A DNA stretch of 64,000 bases from an uncultured Chloroflexia bacterium (GCA_963843645.1 CAWJLE010000007.1:36125-100124); one strand, 5' to 3'; shown: positions 20,230 through 30,319, counted from the stretch's first letter. Made by a program: numbers and translations. Notes: a model not told the origin generated them from the sequence alone.

Positions 20230-21430
20230 AGCGGTCCTGGACGTCTTCGGCCGTACGATTCTGTTTGTGGCGGCCGCGGGCGCGATGCTCCTGGTGTGTG
20301 GGGGCGTGTCCATGTACCTGATCAACAACGGCAACCTGGGGGGCGCCCGCCCCGTGACGCCGAGCGGAACGCGCGTGGCCGCGGCGCCGGCCACACCGGT
20401 GCCGCCGCAAGGCCCCAAGGACATCCTGGTCGGGCTGTATCTGCAGCTGCGGCAGGGAGAGGTCGATCGCGCCCCGGGGCAGTCCGATGCGCCGGTCACC
20501 TTCGCCATCGAACAGGGCGAAACCGCGGCCTCGGTCGCAGCCCATCTGCGCGAGGCCGGACTGGTCACGGACCCCGACCTGTTCGCCCTGTACATGCGCC
20601 ACAATCACCTGGATTCCAGCCTGGAAGCGGGCAACTACGTTTTGCGCGCGAACATGACCATGCCTGAGGTCGCTCAGAGCCTTCAGCACAGCTCGGTCGA
20701 CGAGGTCGTGATCACCGTTCCGGAAGGCTGGCGCGCCGAGCAGATCGCCGAGGTCCTGGAGGCCAACGGGCTCGGGCCGGCGCAGCCGTTCATCGACTAC
20801 GTCCGCCAGGGGATCAGCAACGCGGGCCTGGCGAGCCGATACGCCTTCCTGCAGGAGCGCCCGCCCGGCGCGTCGACTACCGTCGAGGGCTTCCTCTTCC
20901 CGGACACGTATCGCATCCCGGCCAAGTCCGACATCAAGACCATCGTCGACATCATGCTGTCGAACTTCGGCCATCGTTTCGGCGCGCTGCAGCAAGCCGC
21001 CAAGGAGGAGGGCCAGACTCCGTTTGAGGCCGTGAACCTGGCGGCGATCGTCGAGCGCGAGGCGGTCGTCGCGGACGAGCGGCCCATCATCGCCAGCGTG
21101 TACCAGAATCGCCTCGACCAGGGAAGGCGCTGGAGGCGAGCCCGACGGTCCAGTACGCGCTGGGGTATCAGCCGGCGCTCAAGCAGTGGTGGAAGACTCC
21201 TCTGTCCCTGGACGAGCTGGGCTCGGTCAACTCCGAGTACGAACACCTATCTGCACACCGGCTTGCCGCCCGGCCCGATCTGCAATCCCGGCCTGTCGTC
21301 GTTGGATGCCGCCGTGCATCCGGCCAAGACCGACTACCTGTTCTTCTATTCCAAGTGGGACGGCACACACGCGTTCGCCGCCACCTGGGAGGAGCATCTG
21401 AAGAACCAGGCGTTGTACTCGGGGCAGTAG
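20216..21430 (+). CDS. mltG: Endolytic transglycosylase MltG (frameshifts near 21130-21235)
   Basis: [40 protein letters not shown]. Confidence 0.92.
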   Translation: MKIIRAVLDVFGRTILFVAAAGAMLLVCGGVSMYLINNGNLGGARPVTPSGTRVAAAPATPVPPQGPKDILVGLYLQLRQGEVDRAPGQSDAPVTFAIEQGETAASVAAHLREAGLVTDPDLFALYMRHNHLDSSLEAGNYVLRANMTMPEVAQSLQHSSVDEVVITVPEGWRAEQIAEVLEANGLGPAQPFIDYVRQGISNAGLASRYAFLQERPPGASTTVEGFLFPDTYRIPAKSDIKTIVDIMLSNFGHRFGALQQAAKEEGQTPFEAVNLAAIVEREAVVADERPIIASVYQNRLDQGRRWRRARRSSTRWGISRRSSSGGRLLCPWTSWARSTPSTNTYLHTGLPPGPICNPGLSSLDAAVHPAKTDYLFFYSKWDGTHAFAATWEEHLKNQALYSGQ

Positions 21431-21500
21431 GCGGCGGGGTGAAAACCGTAACTTTCCGAAGTCGCCGCGTGTTTTAAATGGTTGCTTCGCGGTGATGCAA

Positions 21501-21529
21501 TTGACGGAACGCAGCAAGGCTGGTAGAAT
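21501..21529 (+). promoter_or_regulatory. Sigma-70 promoter of acpP
   Basis: TTGACG-17-TGgTAGAAT. Confidence 0.65.
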
Positions 21530-21598
21530 GCACGGTTGGAAACAGGCCAGCAGAACTTTCGAATACTCTAAGGCGCAAGCGCGAAAAGGAGGAACACC

Positions 21599-21826
21599 AT
21601 GGACGTTGCAGAGCGGGTCATCGCCATCACTGCCGAACAGCTCGGAGTGGACAAGAGCAAGATCACGATGGAATCGAGGTTCCGGGAAGACCTCGAGGCA
21701 GATTCACTGGATCTGGTCGAGCTCATCATGGCTTTCGAAGAAGAGTTCGGCGGCGAGATCTCCGACGAGGACGCGCAGAAGATCCTGAGCGTGGGTGATG
21801 CGGTCACTTACCTCAAGAGCCACTGA
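21599..21826 (+). CDS. acpP: Acyl carrier protein
   Basis: [20 protein letters not shown]; RBS AGGAGG. Confidence 0.97.
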   Translation: MDVAERVIAITAEQLGVDKSKITMESRFREDLEADSLDLVELIMAFEEEFGGEISDEDAQKILSVGDAVTYLKSH

Positions 21827-22004
21827 TCCCGGAGGGCCTTTCGGCGTTTGCTTTGCTTCGATGCCGGCGCTGTCTCTCCAGAAGAGCCCGCGGCTTCACG
21901 GGTTGCGATAGCCTGGATGGGGGCCTGAGTGCATTCCCAGGGCGGGACGGGCGGAGGGCGTTCCAGCTTTCTCCGCTTCGTCGTGTAAGGCTAAAGTTGA
22001 GGAT
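21826..22004 (+). ncRNA. Candidate 6S RNA-like structured RNA
   Basis: About 179 nt. Ends pair (ATCC/GGAT, GCCTT/AAGGC, CGGCG/CGTCG), there is a pyrimidine-rich central bubble and an inner stem (TGTCTC/GGGACG) with branched hairpins; a terminator follows. Folded by eye only. Confidence 0.45.
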
Positions 22005-22008
22005 AATG

Positions 22009-22054
22009 GACGGTCCAGAATCCGAGAGGGATGCTGGACCGTCTTTCTTTGTTT
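22009..22054 (+). terminator. Intrinsic terminator
   Basis: GACGGTCCAG...CTGGACCGTC followed by TTTCTTTGTTT. Confidence 0.8.
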
Positions 22055-22078
22055 GCGACATGATCCAGGAGGCGCAAC

Positions 22079-23377
22079 ATGGTTATCGTCAACCGGCGAA
22101 GATGCGGATATTGCGGCAGCTGCGTGAGCCTCTGCCCGGTGGGCGCAATCAACCTGGCGGAGACCCGGCTGCAGATCGACGAGCAGTGCATCGAGTGCGG
22201 GCTGTGCATCGATGCGTGCCCGGTGGGCGCGATCACGACGGAAGCGGACCAGCCTGGGGTGCGGGCGCTGCCCCGGTCGCGCTACGACGTGGTGGTGGTC
22301 GGCGCGCGGACCGGCCGGCTCGACGGCAGCGCGAGTCGCGGCGGAGCGCGGCCTGTCGGTGCTGCTGCTGGAAAAGCGCCAGGAGATCGGCAGCCCGGTG
22401 CGCTGCGCGGAGGGTGTGGCGCAGGCGCCGCTGGCGGAGTTCATCGATCCCGATCCCGCGTGGATCTCCGCGGAGATCAAGGGGGCTACTACAGCGCCGC
22501 TCAGGGGGGCCAAACCGAGGAGATGCGTTTCGACGGCGACGAACTGGTGGGCTACGTGCTGGAGCGCCGGGTCTTCGATCGCGTGCTGGCGGAGAGGGCG
22601 ATGGCGGCCGGCGCGACCGTCTGGGTGAAGACGCCGGTGAGCGGCCTGCTGTGCGAGGACGGCCGGGTCGTGGGCGTGCTGGCCGAGGTCTGAACGGCGA
22701 CATCGAGGAGATCGATTGCTCGGTGGTCGTGGGCGCGGACGGCGTCGAGTCGTGGGTGGGACGCTGGGCCGGATTGGATACCTGCCTGGCTCCGAAGGAC
22801 TCCATGCCGTGCGCGCAGTATCTTCTGACGGGAATCGACATCGATCCGTGTTGCATGCAGTACTTCGTCGGCGAGGACCTCGCGCCAGGCGGGTACGCGT
22901 GGATCTTCCCGAAGGGCGAGGGGCGGGCGAACGTCGGGCCTGGGCGTGCAGTCCGACCTGGCCTATGCGCCGGCGGTCGATTACCTGCAGCGCTTCGTCG
23001 AAGGCAAGCCGTTTCTGGCTCAGGGCAGCGCGGTGACGCTCATTTTGGGGAACGCGCCGACGGCGATTCCCACTACGCCACTGGTGGCGGACGGCTGCGT
23101 GCTCGTCGGGGACGCGGCGCGGCAGCTCGACCCGCTGACCGGCGGCGGGATCCTCAACGCCATGGCGGCCGGCAACATCGCGGCCGAAGTCATCGCCGAA
23201 GCGATTGCCGACGGCGACGTATCGGCGGCCCGGCTGCGGCGCTACGAGGAGCGGTGGCAGGCGGGGGTTGGGAGGCGGATGGCGCGGAACTATCGGATCA
23301 AGGAGCGTTTCGGCGCGGATCAGCGGGCCAGCCGCGACTTCATGCGGCTGTTCGTGGCCGCGACAGGCGCGAAGTAA
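22079..23377 (+). CDS. 2x[4Fe-4S] ferredoxin fused to a geranylgeranyl/DGGGPL-reductase-family flavoprotein (several frameshifts)
   Basis: [12 protein letters not shown] and [12 protein letters not shown] are in frame with YDVVVVGA; then [53 protein letters not shown]. Confidence 0.8.
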
Positions 23378-23381
23378 CCGG

Positions 23382-24351
23382 ATGGGCGAGGCGCGTTCCG
23401 GGATCGGAGGCCCCTTACTCGTGGTGGTGGGGCCGACGGCTGTGGGCAAGACGGCGCTGGCGGTGCGGCTGGCGCTGGAGCTGGGCGGCGAGGTCGTGTC
23501 GGCGGATTCGCGGCAGATTTACCGCGGCATGGACATCGGCACCGCCAAGGCGAGCGCCGAAGAGCGGCGGGCCGTACCGCACCACTTGATCGACGTCGTC
23601 GCGCCGGACGAGGTCCTGACGCTGGCGCAGTACCAGGAAGCCGCTTACGCGGCGATCGACGGCATCCTGGGCCGGGGGACGCGTGCCGCTGCTGGTCGGC
23701 GGGACCGGACTGTACGTCCGCGCCGTGGTCCAGGGCCTGGGCATCCCGCGCGTTGCGCCGGACGAGGCCCTGCGGGCGGAGCTGTTCCGCCAGGCGGAGG
23801 CAGAAGGGGCCGAGGCGCTGCACCGCCGGCTGGCGGACGTCGATCCGCGCGCGGCCGCCGGAATCGACGGGCGGAACGTGCGGCGCGTGGTGCGCGCGCT
23901 GGAAGTGTACCTGCAGACCGGCCACCCGATCTCGGAGCTGCAACAGGCGACGCCGCCTCCTTATCGCATCCTGCAGATGGGGCTGACGATGGACAGGGCC
24001 GAGCTGTACCGGCGCATCGACGCGCGGATCGACCGCATGCTGGCGGCGGGCCTGGTCGAGGAGGTGCGGGGGCTGATGGCGCGAGGTTACGGCCTGGACC
24101 TGCCCGCCATGTCGGGCGTCGGTTACCGGCAGGTCGCGCTCCACCTCCTGGGCGAGATCGACCTGGCCGAGGCCGTCCGACGCATCCGGCACGACACGCG
24201 CCGCTTCGTCCGGCAGCAGTACACCTGGTTCCGGTTGGACGACCCCGCGATCCACTGGTTCGACGCGCCGGCAGGGTCCGAAGCGGCCGAGGCGGTCGTG
24301 CGACTGGCGCGCGAGTTTCTGGCCAGAGTGGGTGGACTTCCGGAGTTTTGA
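23382..24351 (+). CDS. miaA: tRNA dimethylallyltransferase (frameshift near 23675)
   Basis: [46 protein letters not shown]. Confidence 0.95.
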
Positions 24352-24614
24352 AAACTTCGGAAGTCTGGGTGCGAGGAGCTGGCCGCGGGGGGCGAGGCGG
24401 CGGGGGGGGCAGGGCGGCGAGGGGCGCAGGGCGAGGGGCGCAGGGCGAGGGGCGCAGGGCGAGGGGCGAGGGGCGCAGGGCGAGGGGCGCAGGGCGAGGG
24501 GCGCAGGGCGAGGGGCGCAGGGCGGCTGAAGCCGCGGCTGCCTGTACGAAGCCCGCCTTCGCGGGCTAACGGCTAAGGTTCAGACTTCCGAAGTTTTGGA
24601 GACTTCGGAAGTCT
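24335..24614. repeat. Composite repeat: family A + G-rich 7/14-mer array (GGGCGAGGGGCGCA)n + family D + family A
   Basis: Seen directly; G-rich array about 24405-24522; family D cggctgaagccgc...aagcccgccttcgcgggct at 24522-24567. Confidence 0.85.
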
Positions 24615-24637
24615 CGAGGCCAAAGGAGAGGATATTG

Positions 24638-25621
24638 ATGACGAGGCGAACGATCGTGGCGTTCGGGTTGGCGTGCGTGCTGGCAGCGGGCCTCGCGGGG
24701 GTCATGAGCGCGTCGCCGCCTGTGCCCGCGAGCCAGGCGACTCCGGCGGCTCGCCCGAGCATCGCACGTGGCAAGATCGCGTTCTCGCTCTACAACCTGG
24801 GCCGCAAGGCGTACGAAGTCCAGATCGTCACCGCGGACGGCGGAGACCGCTGGATCGTGACCGACGAGGAGTCGGTGAGCGAGCCGCGCCTGTCACCGGA
24901 TGGGCAGCGGGTGGCGGTTCGGGGCTGGAGTCAGCACCGGGGCATCGAGAGCTTCGACCTGCACGGCAAGAACCGGGCGGACATCAGCGGGCACCTGGAG
25001 GACTCGCGCGTGGATTGGGGAGTCGATGGGTCCTTCGTGTACGGCTCGCAGAAGGAAGAGGACCGGCTGTGGCGCCTGTACGTGAACCAGGAGGAAGACG
25101 GCCTGAATTGGGACGGCCGCGCCCTCATTGGTGAGAGCCCATCCTGGTCGCCGCGGGCGGATTTCATCGCGTACCGCGGCTGCGATTTCGATCTCAACAA
25201 CTGCGGGCTGCGTACCGTGGCGCGGGGCGGCGGCCGGCCCCAGATCCTGACCGTCGAGTCGACCGACGTTTCGCCGGCCTGGTCCCCCGACGGGCGGAGC
25301 ATCGCGTTCATGTCCCAACGCAGCGGCAATTGGGATCTCTACACGCTGGCGGTGGAATCGGACGGGCGGCTCGCGGCGAACGCGCAGCCGGTGCGCGTGA
25401 CCCAGGACGCGAGCAACGAGGGGCTGCCGGCCTGGTCGCCGTGGGGCGACGCGCTGGCCTTCGTGTCGGATCGGAGCGGCGCCTGGGCGGTCTACATCAT
25501 GCGACCGGACGGCAGCGATCTGCACAAGGTCGCGGACATCGGCGGCACCTACGATCCGCCCCTGTGGACGCCGGAGGGCGGACGCGGGCTGACGAACGAA
25601 CAGATCAGCTGGTCGAAGTGA
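24638..25621 (+). CDS. Secreted TolB-like PD40 beta-propeller protein
   Basis: Signal peptide; PRLSPDG, PSWSP, PAWSPDG, SGNWDLY. Confidence 0.85.
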   Translation: MTRRTIVAFGLACVLAAGLAGVMSASPPVPASQATPAARPSIARGKIAFSLYNLGRKAYEVQIVTADGGDRWIVTDEESVSEPRLSPDGQRVAVRGWSQHRGIESFDLHGKNRADISGHLEDSRVDWGVDGSFVYGSQKEEDRLWRLYVNQEEDGLNWDGRALIGESPSWSPRADFIAYRGCDFDLNNCGLRTVARGGGRPQILTVESTDVSPAWSPDGRSIAFMSQRSGNWDLYTLAVESDGRLAANAQPVRVTQDASNEGLPAWSPWGDALAFVSDRSGAWAVYIMRPDGSDLHKVADIGGTYDPPLWTPEGGRGLTNEQISWSK

Positions 25622-25777
25622 ATGGGGTCCGTCGCCCCAAAACGAAGGGGACTCTCATCACGGCTTGCCCGGCGCAAATCAGACTCCCGCCAAGGCAGCG
25701 TCGATAGTTAAATCGCCAGTGGTTCGTGAGGCGTTGCTCCACGGCGCGGAGCAACGCCTCATGTGCGCGATCCGCGG

Positions 25778-26272
25778 CTACATGCGTTTCAGGGCGCCGG
25801 CGATCGACTTCAGCGAAGGCGTCTTTTCCTTGCGGAGCGCCGCGCTGGTGATCATCTGCATCCGCACGAACCAGAAGCCGAGGAACGCTGCGGCGGCCAC
25901 ACCGGCCATGGCGATCTGCGTGGCGTCGACCACGGGCTCCACAGTCACACCTTCCGGCGAGACGATGACCGCGGCGACCGGCCGCGCCCGGCTGAAGCCG
26001 CCGCCGCCCGCGCCCTCGCCGCTGCCCGAGGCCTTGCCCTCTTCGACCTCGACGCCACGCTCGGGCTCCTGTTTCCCTTCGCCGCCCCCGCCTCCGGCCC
26101 CGAAACCGGCGACCACTTCCGCGACCGGAATGATCGTCCTGTCGTCGATCTTCACCGGGGTGCCGAAGCAGATGGCCGCGCTGGCGGCGGCGCTGAAGCG
26201 TTCCATCATCTGTGCGACGGTTTCCAGGCCGGTTCGCCGGCTGCTCGTCCTAGGCTCTTCATTAATATCCAT
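25778..26272 (-). CDS. GerW/YtfJ-family protein
   Basis: FGTPVKIDDRTIIPVAEV.AGFGAGGGGG...GAGGGG..ARPVA. Confidence 0.8.
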   Translation of the reverse strand: MDINEEPRTSSRRTGLETVAQMMERFSAAASAAICFGTPVKIDDRTIIPVAEVVAGFGAGGGGGEGKQEPERGVEVEEGKASGSGEGAGGGGFSRARPVAAVIVSPEGVTVEPVVDATQIAMAGVAAAAFLGFWFVRMQMITSAALRKEKTPSLKSIAGALKRM

Positions 26273-26349
26273 GAATCGTTGCCCTCCATTTGGTCACTCA
26301 GGTGACTCGTTGACGCTTTACCGTTCGGCTGACGCAAGACCCGATGAGG

Positions 26350-26673
26350 CTATGCGCGCCGGCGGAAGAACGGGGCCAACAGCGCGCGCAGGACGAGCGC
26401 CGACATCAGGATGGCGACGATCATCTGCGGCGTCACGTCATGAATCGGGTGGTTGCGGTAGATGCCCTCGCCGATTTCCTCGACCATGGCCACGGGGCGG
26501 TTCCAGACCAGGGCCGAACCGCCCTGCCCGCCGGTCCACCCGATGCGCACCGTCCGGGTGACCGGGCGCAGGCGCCGCCCATCGACCTCGATGGGCTCGC
26601 CGCGGACCCGTTCCACGTGGACGTATTGGCGGATCAGTGCAAGCGCACGCACCAGCAGTTCGCGCAGGCTCAT
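26350..26673 (-). CDS. Small membrane-anchored protein, distant GerW/YtfJ-like
   Basis: GEPIEVDGRRLRPV...NRPVAMV, C-terminal TM helix; overlaps the upstream gene stop (ATGA). Confidence 0.6.
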   Translation of the reverse strand: MSLRELLVRALALIRQYVHVERVRGEPIEVDGRRLRPVTRTVRIGWTGGQGGSALVWNRPVAMVEEIGEGIYRNHPIHDVTPQMIVAILMSALVLRALLAPFFRRRA

Positions 26674-28520
26674 TCGCTCTCCCCTTCCGACCGCGGCCGG
26701 CGGCGACGCCGGGGTCGAGGTTGATCCCCGTTCGTCGATTCCGGCGGGTCATCCTGTCCCGTCTCTGGTTCTTCGCCGGATGCGATGCCCTCATCCTCCG
26801 GCGGCGCAGGCGCGGCTTCCTCGGCGGAAGGGGCCGGCTCTTCTTCGATGCTTGGCGCCGCGAACGGCTCTTCACTGACCGGAGGCTTGGCCGGCTCCGC
26901 AGCGACGACTTCGCCGGCAGGTTCTTCGGCCGGCGCCTCGGAGATGACCTCGACGGGCGGCTCGGCAACGACTTCCACGGGCGGCGCGACGACGACCGGC
27001 TCCACCGACGGTGCCTCAGCCGGCGCCTCGGTGACCAAAGGCTCGGCGACCGGTGAGGCCGTGACGTCGGTCACCGCCCGCGCGTCGGCGTCCGCCGCCG
27101 TGTGGCTGGCGGGCGGCGGCGTCGGGGCCGGGTAGCCCCGTCCGGTGGGGGACGGCCCCCGTCCGGTGGGGGACGGCCCGCCGCCGGGAACCGCAGCTAC
27201 AACAGGAGCCGGCGGCCACCATTGATCGCGGAGCCACAGCCACAGCGCGCCCAGGCCGAACAGCGTGGCGGCCAGGCCGGCCAGCCAGCCCAGGATGGGA
27301 ATGGCCGCGACGATGGTGTACAGCACGATGCCGATGAGCATCGGCCAGAAGGCGCTGTCGATGGACTTGGAGCGCGCCTGCTCCAGCAGCAGCGTTCCCA
27401 CGAGGAACGCGATGATGATCTTGGCGACGTAGGACGTGATCACGGCGAAGAACAGGCCCCACAGGCCTTCCAGGATCAGGCCCGCGCCGATGAACACGGT
27501 CTGCAGCCCGCCCAGGGTGATGATCCCCAGCAGCAGCCCGAAGCCGATGATCAGCGCGAAGATGATGGGCAGGGTGACGAAGAAGGCGACCTCCCCCGCG
27601 CACCCCCAGCCCAGGCTGGGCCATGGCCTGGCGCGCAATCGCGCGGCGGCCTCCGGGACCACGCGCGGCAGCAGCCAGATGAGCAGCAAGCCGACGATGA
27701 TCAGCGTGATGAACCGGCGGAGCTGGGCGATGATCCAGAACAGCAGGCGCAAGCCGAAGGCGCGCTCGGGCGGCCGCTCGCGCTCGCGCGGCTGGGCCTG
27801 CGGCGGCGTCTCGCGGACGACCTGGCCGACCTTGGCGCCGGGTGCGATGATGGCCTCGCCACGACTCACGTACTTGAGCGAGCCGGAGATGACCGCGGTG
27901 TCGGCGATGTGCAGGCCCGGACCGAGGACGGGGACAGGAGACATGCGCAGGAAGGGCGCCAGCTGGTTGAACTGCGCGTCAGGCGCCGCGACTTCCGCCA
28001 GCACGTCGTGGCCGACCTGGCCGTTGATGTAGAGGCCATTCGTCGCGCCGTGGAAAGTGCCGCCAACCCGGCCGTTGAGCTGGGACTGGTAGGCGGCCGC
28101 GTAGACGTCGCCACCGACGTCGCTGCCGTTCAGCGCTTCGAAGCTGAAGGCGGCCACGTTCACGTCGTGGGCCACGCTGCCTTTGCTTCCGATCTGCACC
28201 TGGTACGCGGCCACGCGCAAGTCGTCTCCGATTTTGCCGTTGACCGATATCGTGCGGGCGGCCCCGAGCACTTCGCCTTCGACCGTGCCGTTGATGCGCA
28301 CTTCCGAGCCGAATGCAATGAGGTCGCCTTTGATCGTGCCGTCGATGGTGATGAATTCTCCGGTGGCGTACAAATCGTCGGGCAGTACCTCGTTCGGACC
28401 GACCGTGACCTGCGTGCCCGTGCGGCTCTCGCTCGCAAACACCGGCGCGGCGATGCTGACGATCAGCAGCACCGCGACGGCAGCGCCGAGTATGGGCCAC
28501 CATTTGCGCTTGCCAGACAT
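26670..28520 (-). CDS. Membrane protein with a bactofilin-like (polymer-forming) beta-helix, multi-TM domain and P/E/A-rich tail
   Basis: Signal peptide, repeated I.G.V.GD units, several TM helices, acidic low-complexity C-terminus. Confidence 0.75.
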   Translation of the reverse strand: MSGKRKWWPILGAAVAVLLIVSIAAPVFASESRTGTQVTVGPNEVLPDDLYATGEFITIDGTIKGDLIAFGSEVRINGTVEGEVLGAARTISVNGKIGDDLRVAAYQVQIGSKGSVAHDVNVAAFSFEALNGSDVGGDVYAAAYQSQLNGRVGGTFHGATNGLYINGQVGHDVLAEVAAPDAQFNQLAPFLRMSPVPVLGPGLHIADTAVISGSLKYVSRGEAIIAPGAKVGQVVRETPPQAQPRERERPPERAFGLRLLFWIIAQLRRFITLIIVGLLLIWLLPRVVPEAAARLRARPWPSLGWGCAGEVAFFVTLPIIFALIIGFGLLLGIITLGGLQTVFIGAGLILEGLWGLFFAVITSYVAKIIIAFLVGTLLLEQARSKSIDSAFWPMLIGIVLYTIVAAIPILGWLAGLAATLFGLGALWLWLRDQWWPPAPVVAAVPGGGPSPTGRGPSPTGRGYPAPTPPPASHTAADADARAVTDVTASPVAEPLVTEAPAEAPSVEPVVVAPPVEVVAEPPVEVISEAPAEEPAGEVVAAEPAKPPVSEEPFAAPSIEEEPAPSAEEAAPAPPEDEGIASGEEPETGQDDPPESTNGDQPRPRRRRRPRSEGESE

Positions 28521-28560
28521 TCTGTGGTCTCCTTTCGTGTGATCTGAGAGTACGAGGGGC

Positions 28561-29538
28561 TTATACCAGCGGGTCGACCGACGTTTCCGGTTGGGACAGG
28601 ACCAGGGCCAGCGCGCCGAGCAATCCGACGTCGTCCCCGAGCGCGGCCGGCACGATCGGCACCTCGACCCAGTAATCGTGCATGGCGCGCTCTTTTACGG
28701 TCGCTCTGATCGGGCCGAACAGGAAATCCCCGGCGTGGGTCACGCCGCCGCCGAGGACGAACATCGCCGGGTTGAACATGTGCATGAGGTTGACGATGCC
28801 GATGCCGACGTAGAAGCCGGCGCGGCGATACAGCTCGATGGCGACCGCATCGCCTTGCTGCGCCGCCTCGTTGACCACGCGGGCGGTCACCTGGCCGAGG
28901 TCGCCGTGAGCCAGGTCGGCGATGGCCGTCTGCCGGCCCTGCTGGATGGCTTCCCGCGCATAACGCGCGATGGCGGCGCCGTTGGCCAGCACCTCCAGGC
29001 AGCCGATGTTGCCGCACGGACAGCGCGGGCCGTCCACCTCGATGGTCATGTGGCCCACTTCGGCGGCCAGGCCGCGCGTGCCCAGCAACAGGCGGTCGTC
29101 GAGGATGATGCCGCCGCCGATGCCGGTGCTGATGGTCATGTAGATGAGATCTCTCACACCCCTGGCGGCGCCGAAACGCTGCTCGGCCAGGGCGGCCACG
29201 TTGCCGTCGTTGCCCAGCCACACCGGGCAGCCGAACTCCCTGGACAGGATGTCCACCAGGGGCAAATTCTGCCAGCCGGGGATGTTCGTCAGGTTGATGA
29301 CGCGGCCCTGCCAGGGGTCGACGGGACCGGGGGCCGAGATGCCGATGGCCTCGATGGCGGCGCCGTCGGTGGGCGCCACGCGGCGGATGGCGTCGATCAC
29401 GTGCGGCAGCGTAACGTCCCGCCCCCGTTCGGCGTGGATGGGCTCGCGCACGCAGGCGGAAATTTCGCCCTCTGGATTCATGCGGGCGGTGCGAATCAGC
29501 GTTCCACCCAGGTCAACCGCCAAGATTGTTTCGGACAT
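28561..29538 (-). CDS. ROK-family sugar kinase (glucokinase-like)
   Basis: AVDLGGT, NDGNVAALAE, STGIGGG, EVGH, CPCGNIGCLE. Confidence 0.9.
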   Translation of the reverse strand: MSETILAVDLGGTLIRTARMNPEGEISACVREPIHAERGRDVTLPHVIDAIRRVAPTDGAAIEAIGISAPGPVDPWQGRVINLTNIPGWQNLPLVDILSREFGCPVWLGNDGNVAALAEQRFGAARGVRDLIYMTISTGIGGGIILDDRLLLGTRGLAAEVGHMTIEVDGPRCPCGNIGCLEVLANGAAIARYAREAIQQGRQTAIADLAHGDLGQVTARVVNEAAQQGDAVAIELYRRAGFYVGIGIVNLMHMFNPAMFVLGGGVTHAGDFLFGPIRATVKERAMHDYWVEVPIVPAALGDDVGLLGALALVLSQPETSVDPLV

Positions 29539-29624
29539 CGCATTCCTGCCAAGTCGAGAATAACCGCTTCTTCTAAGTATACCACGCTCGCCCACGGTTG
29601 TCACCTGGGATTCAGACCTCTCCC

Positions 29625-29824
29625 GGGTCATCGCATCGTAAGCGATCAACAGCTCAGAGGCGACCCGCCCGGCGATAAAGTCGCCGGGCTACACGACAGC
29701 GTCCGATGAATCGGACTTCAGAACAGCCAGAAGTCCGATTCATCGGACGCCGTCATGTAGCCCGGCGACTTTATCGCCGGGCGGGCCGCCTCTGAGCTGT
29801 TGATCGCTTACGATGCGATGGCCC
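29625..29824. repeat. ~200-bp palindromic MITE/REPIN-like element (family E)
   Basis: Arms of about 95 bp containing ccggcgataaagtcgccgg and gtccgatgaatcggac; GTAG near 29757. Confidence 0.8.
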
Positions 29825-29827
29825 TGC

Positions 29828-29945
29828 GGGCCTCTCCCCGAGAAGGGAGAGGTGGGGAGAGTGGGCCTCTCCCCTGAGAAGGGAGAAGAGGAAGTCGTCG
29901 CCGTTCTCCTCTCCCTTCTCAGGGGAGAGGCGGGGAGAGAGGTCC
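29828..29945. repeat. REP family B with a partial extra copy
   Basis: cctctccccgagaagggagagg followed by a full doublet. Confidence 0.8.
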
Positions 29946-29984
29946 GCTCGCAATCCTCACACACACCTCAAAACGCCATCTTTC

Positions 29985-30013
29985 TTGACAAATACCGACT
30001 TTCATGTTATGTT
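29985..30013 (+). promoter_or_regulatory. Sigma-70 promoter of the T-box leader
   Basis: TTGACA-17-TGtTATGTT. Confidence 0.7.
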
Positions 30014-30051
30014 TCGGAACTGTGGTCGGCAATGACGGCGCCGGCCCACGC

Positions 30052-30319
30052 AAAGGCTACGATGGAGACGAGTAGGCGGGCGACAGCCGCTCAGAGAGCC
30101 CGGGATAGGTGCGAGCCGGGTGCGGGTGACCGTCGAAAATCGCTCCGGAGCCGCCAACCGAAAGAGCCGCAGGGCTCGAGTAGACTTGGCCGGGCTCGCT
30201 TCCCGTTATCGAGCGCGGGTATTGTCGCGTACCCAGTGAGGTGGCGGTCTGCCGAAGAGGGGTGGTACCGCGGGAGCACGATGGCTCTCGTCCCCACGTG
30301 GGGCGGGAGTTTTGTTTTG
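30052..30319 (+). promoter_or_regulatory. T-box riboswitch with Ile specifier (AUC)
   Basis: Stem I GGAG-ACG-AGTA...AGAGA...GGTGCGA...GAAA-ATC-G-CTCC (codon 30139-30141); CCGTTA in stem IIA/B; T-box AAGAGGGGTGGTACCGCG (~30255-30272); terminator hairpin plus TTTTGTTTT. Confidence 0.9.

Noticed and set aside
22689-22695. TGA in the GGR gene as selenocysteine
   Set aside because: The conserved downstream sequence continues in a different frame, so this is an indel rather than in-frame recoding.
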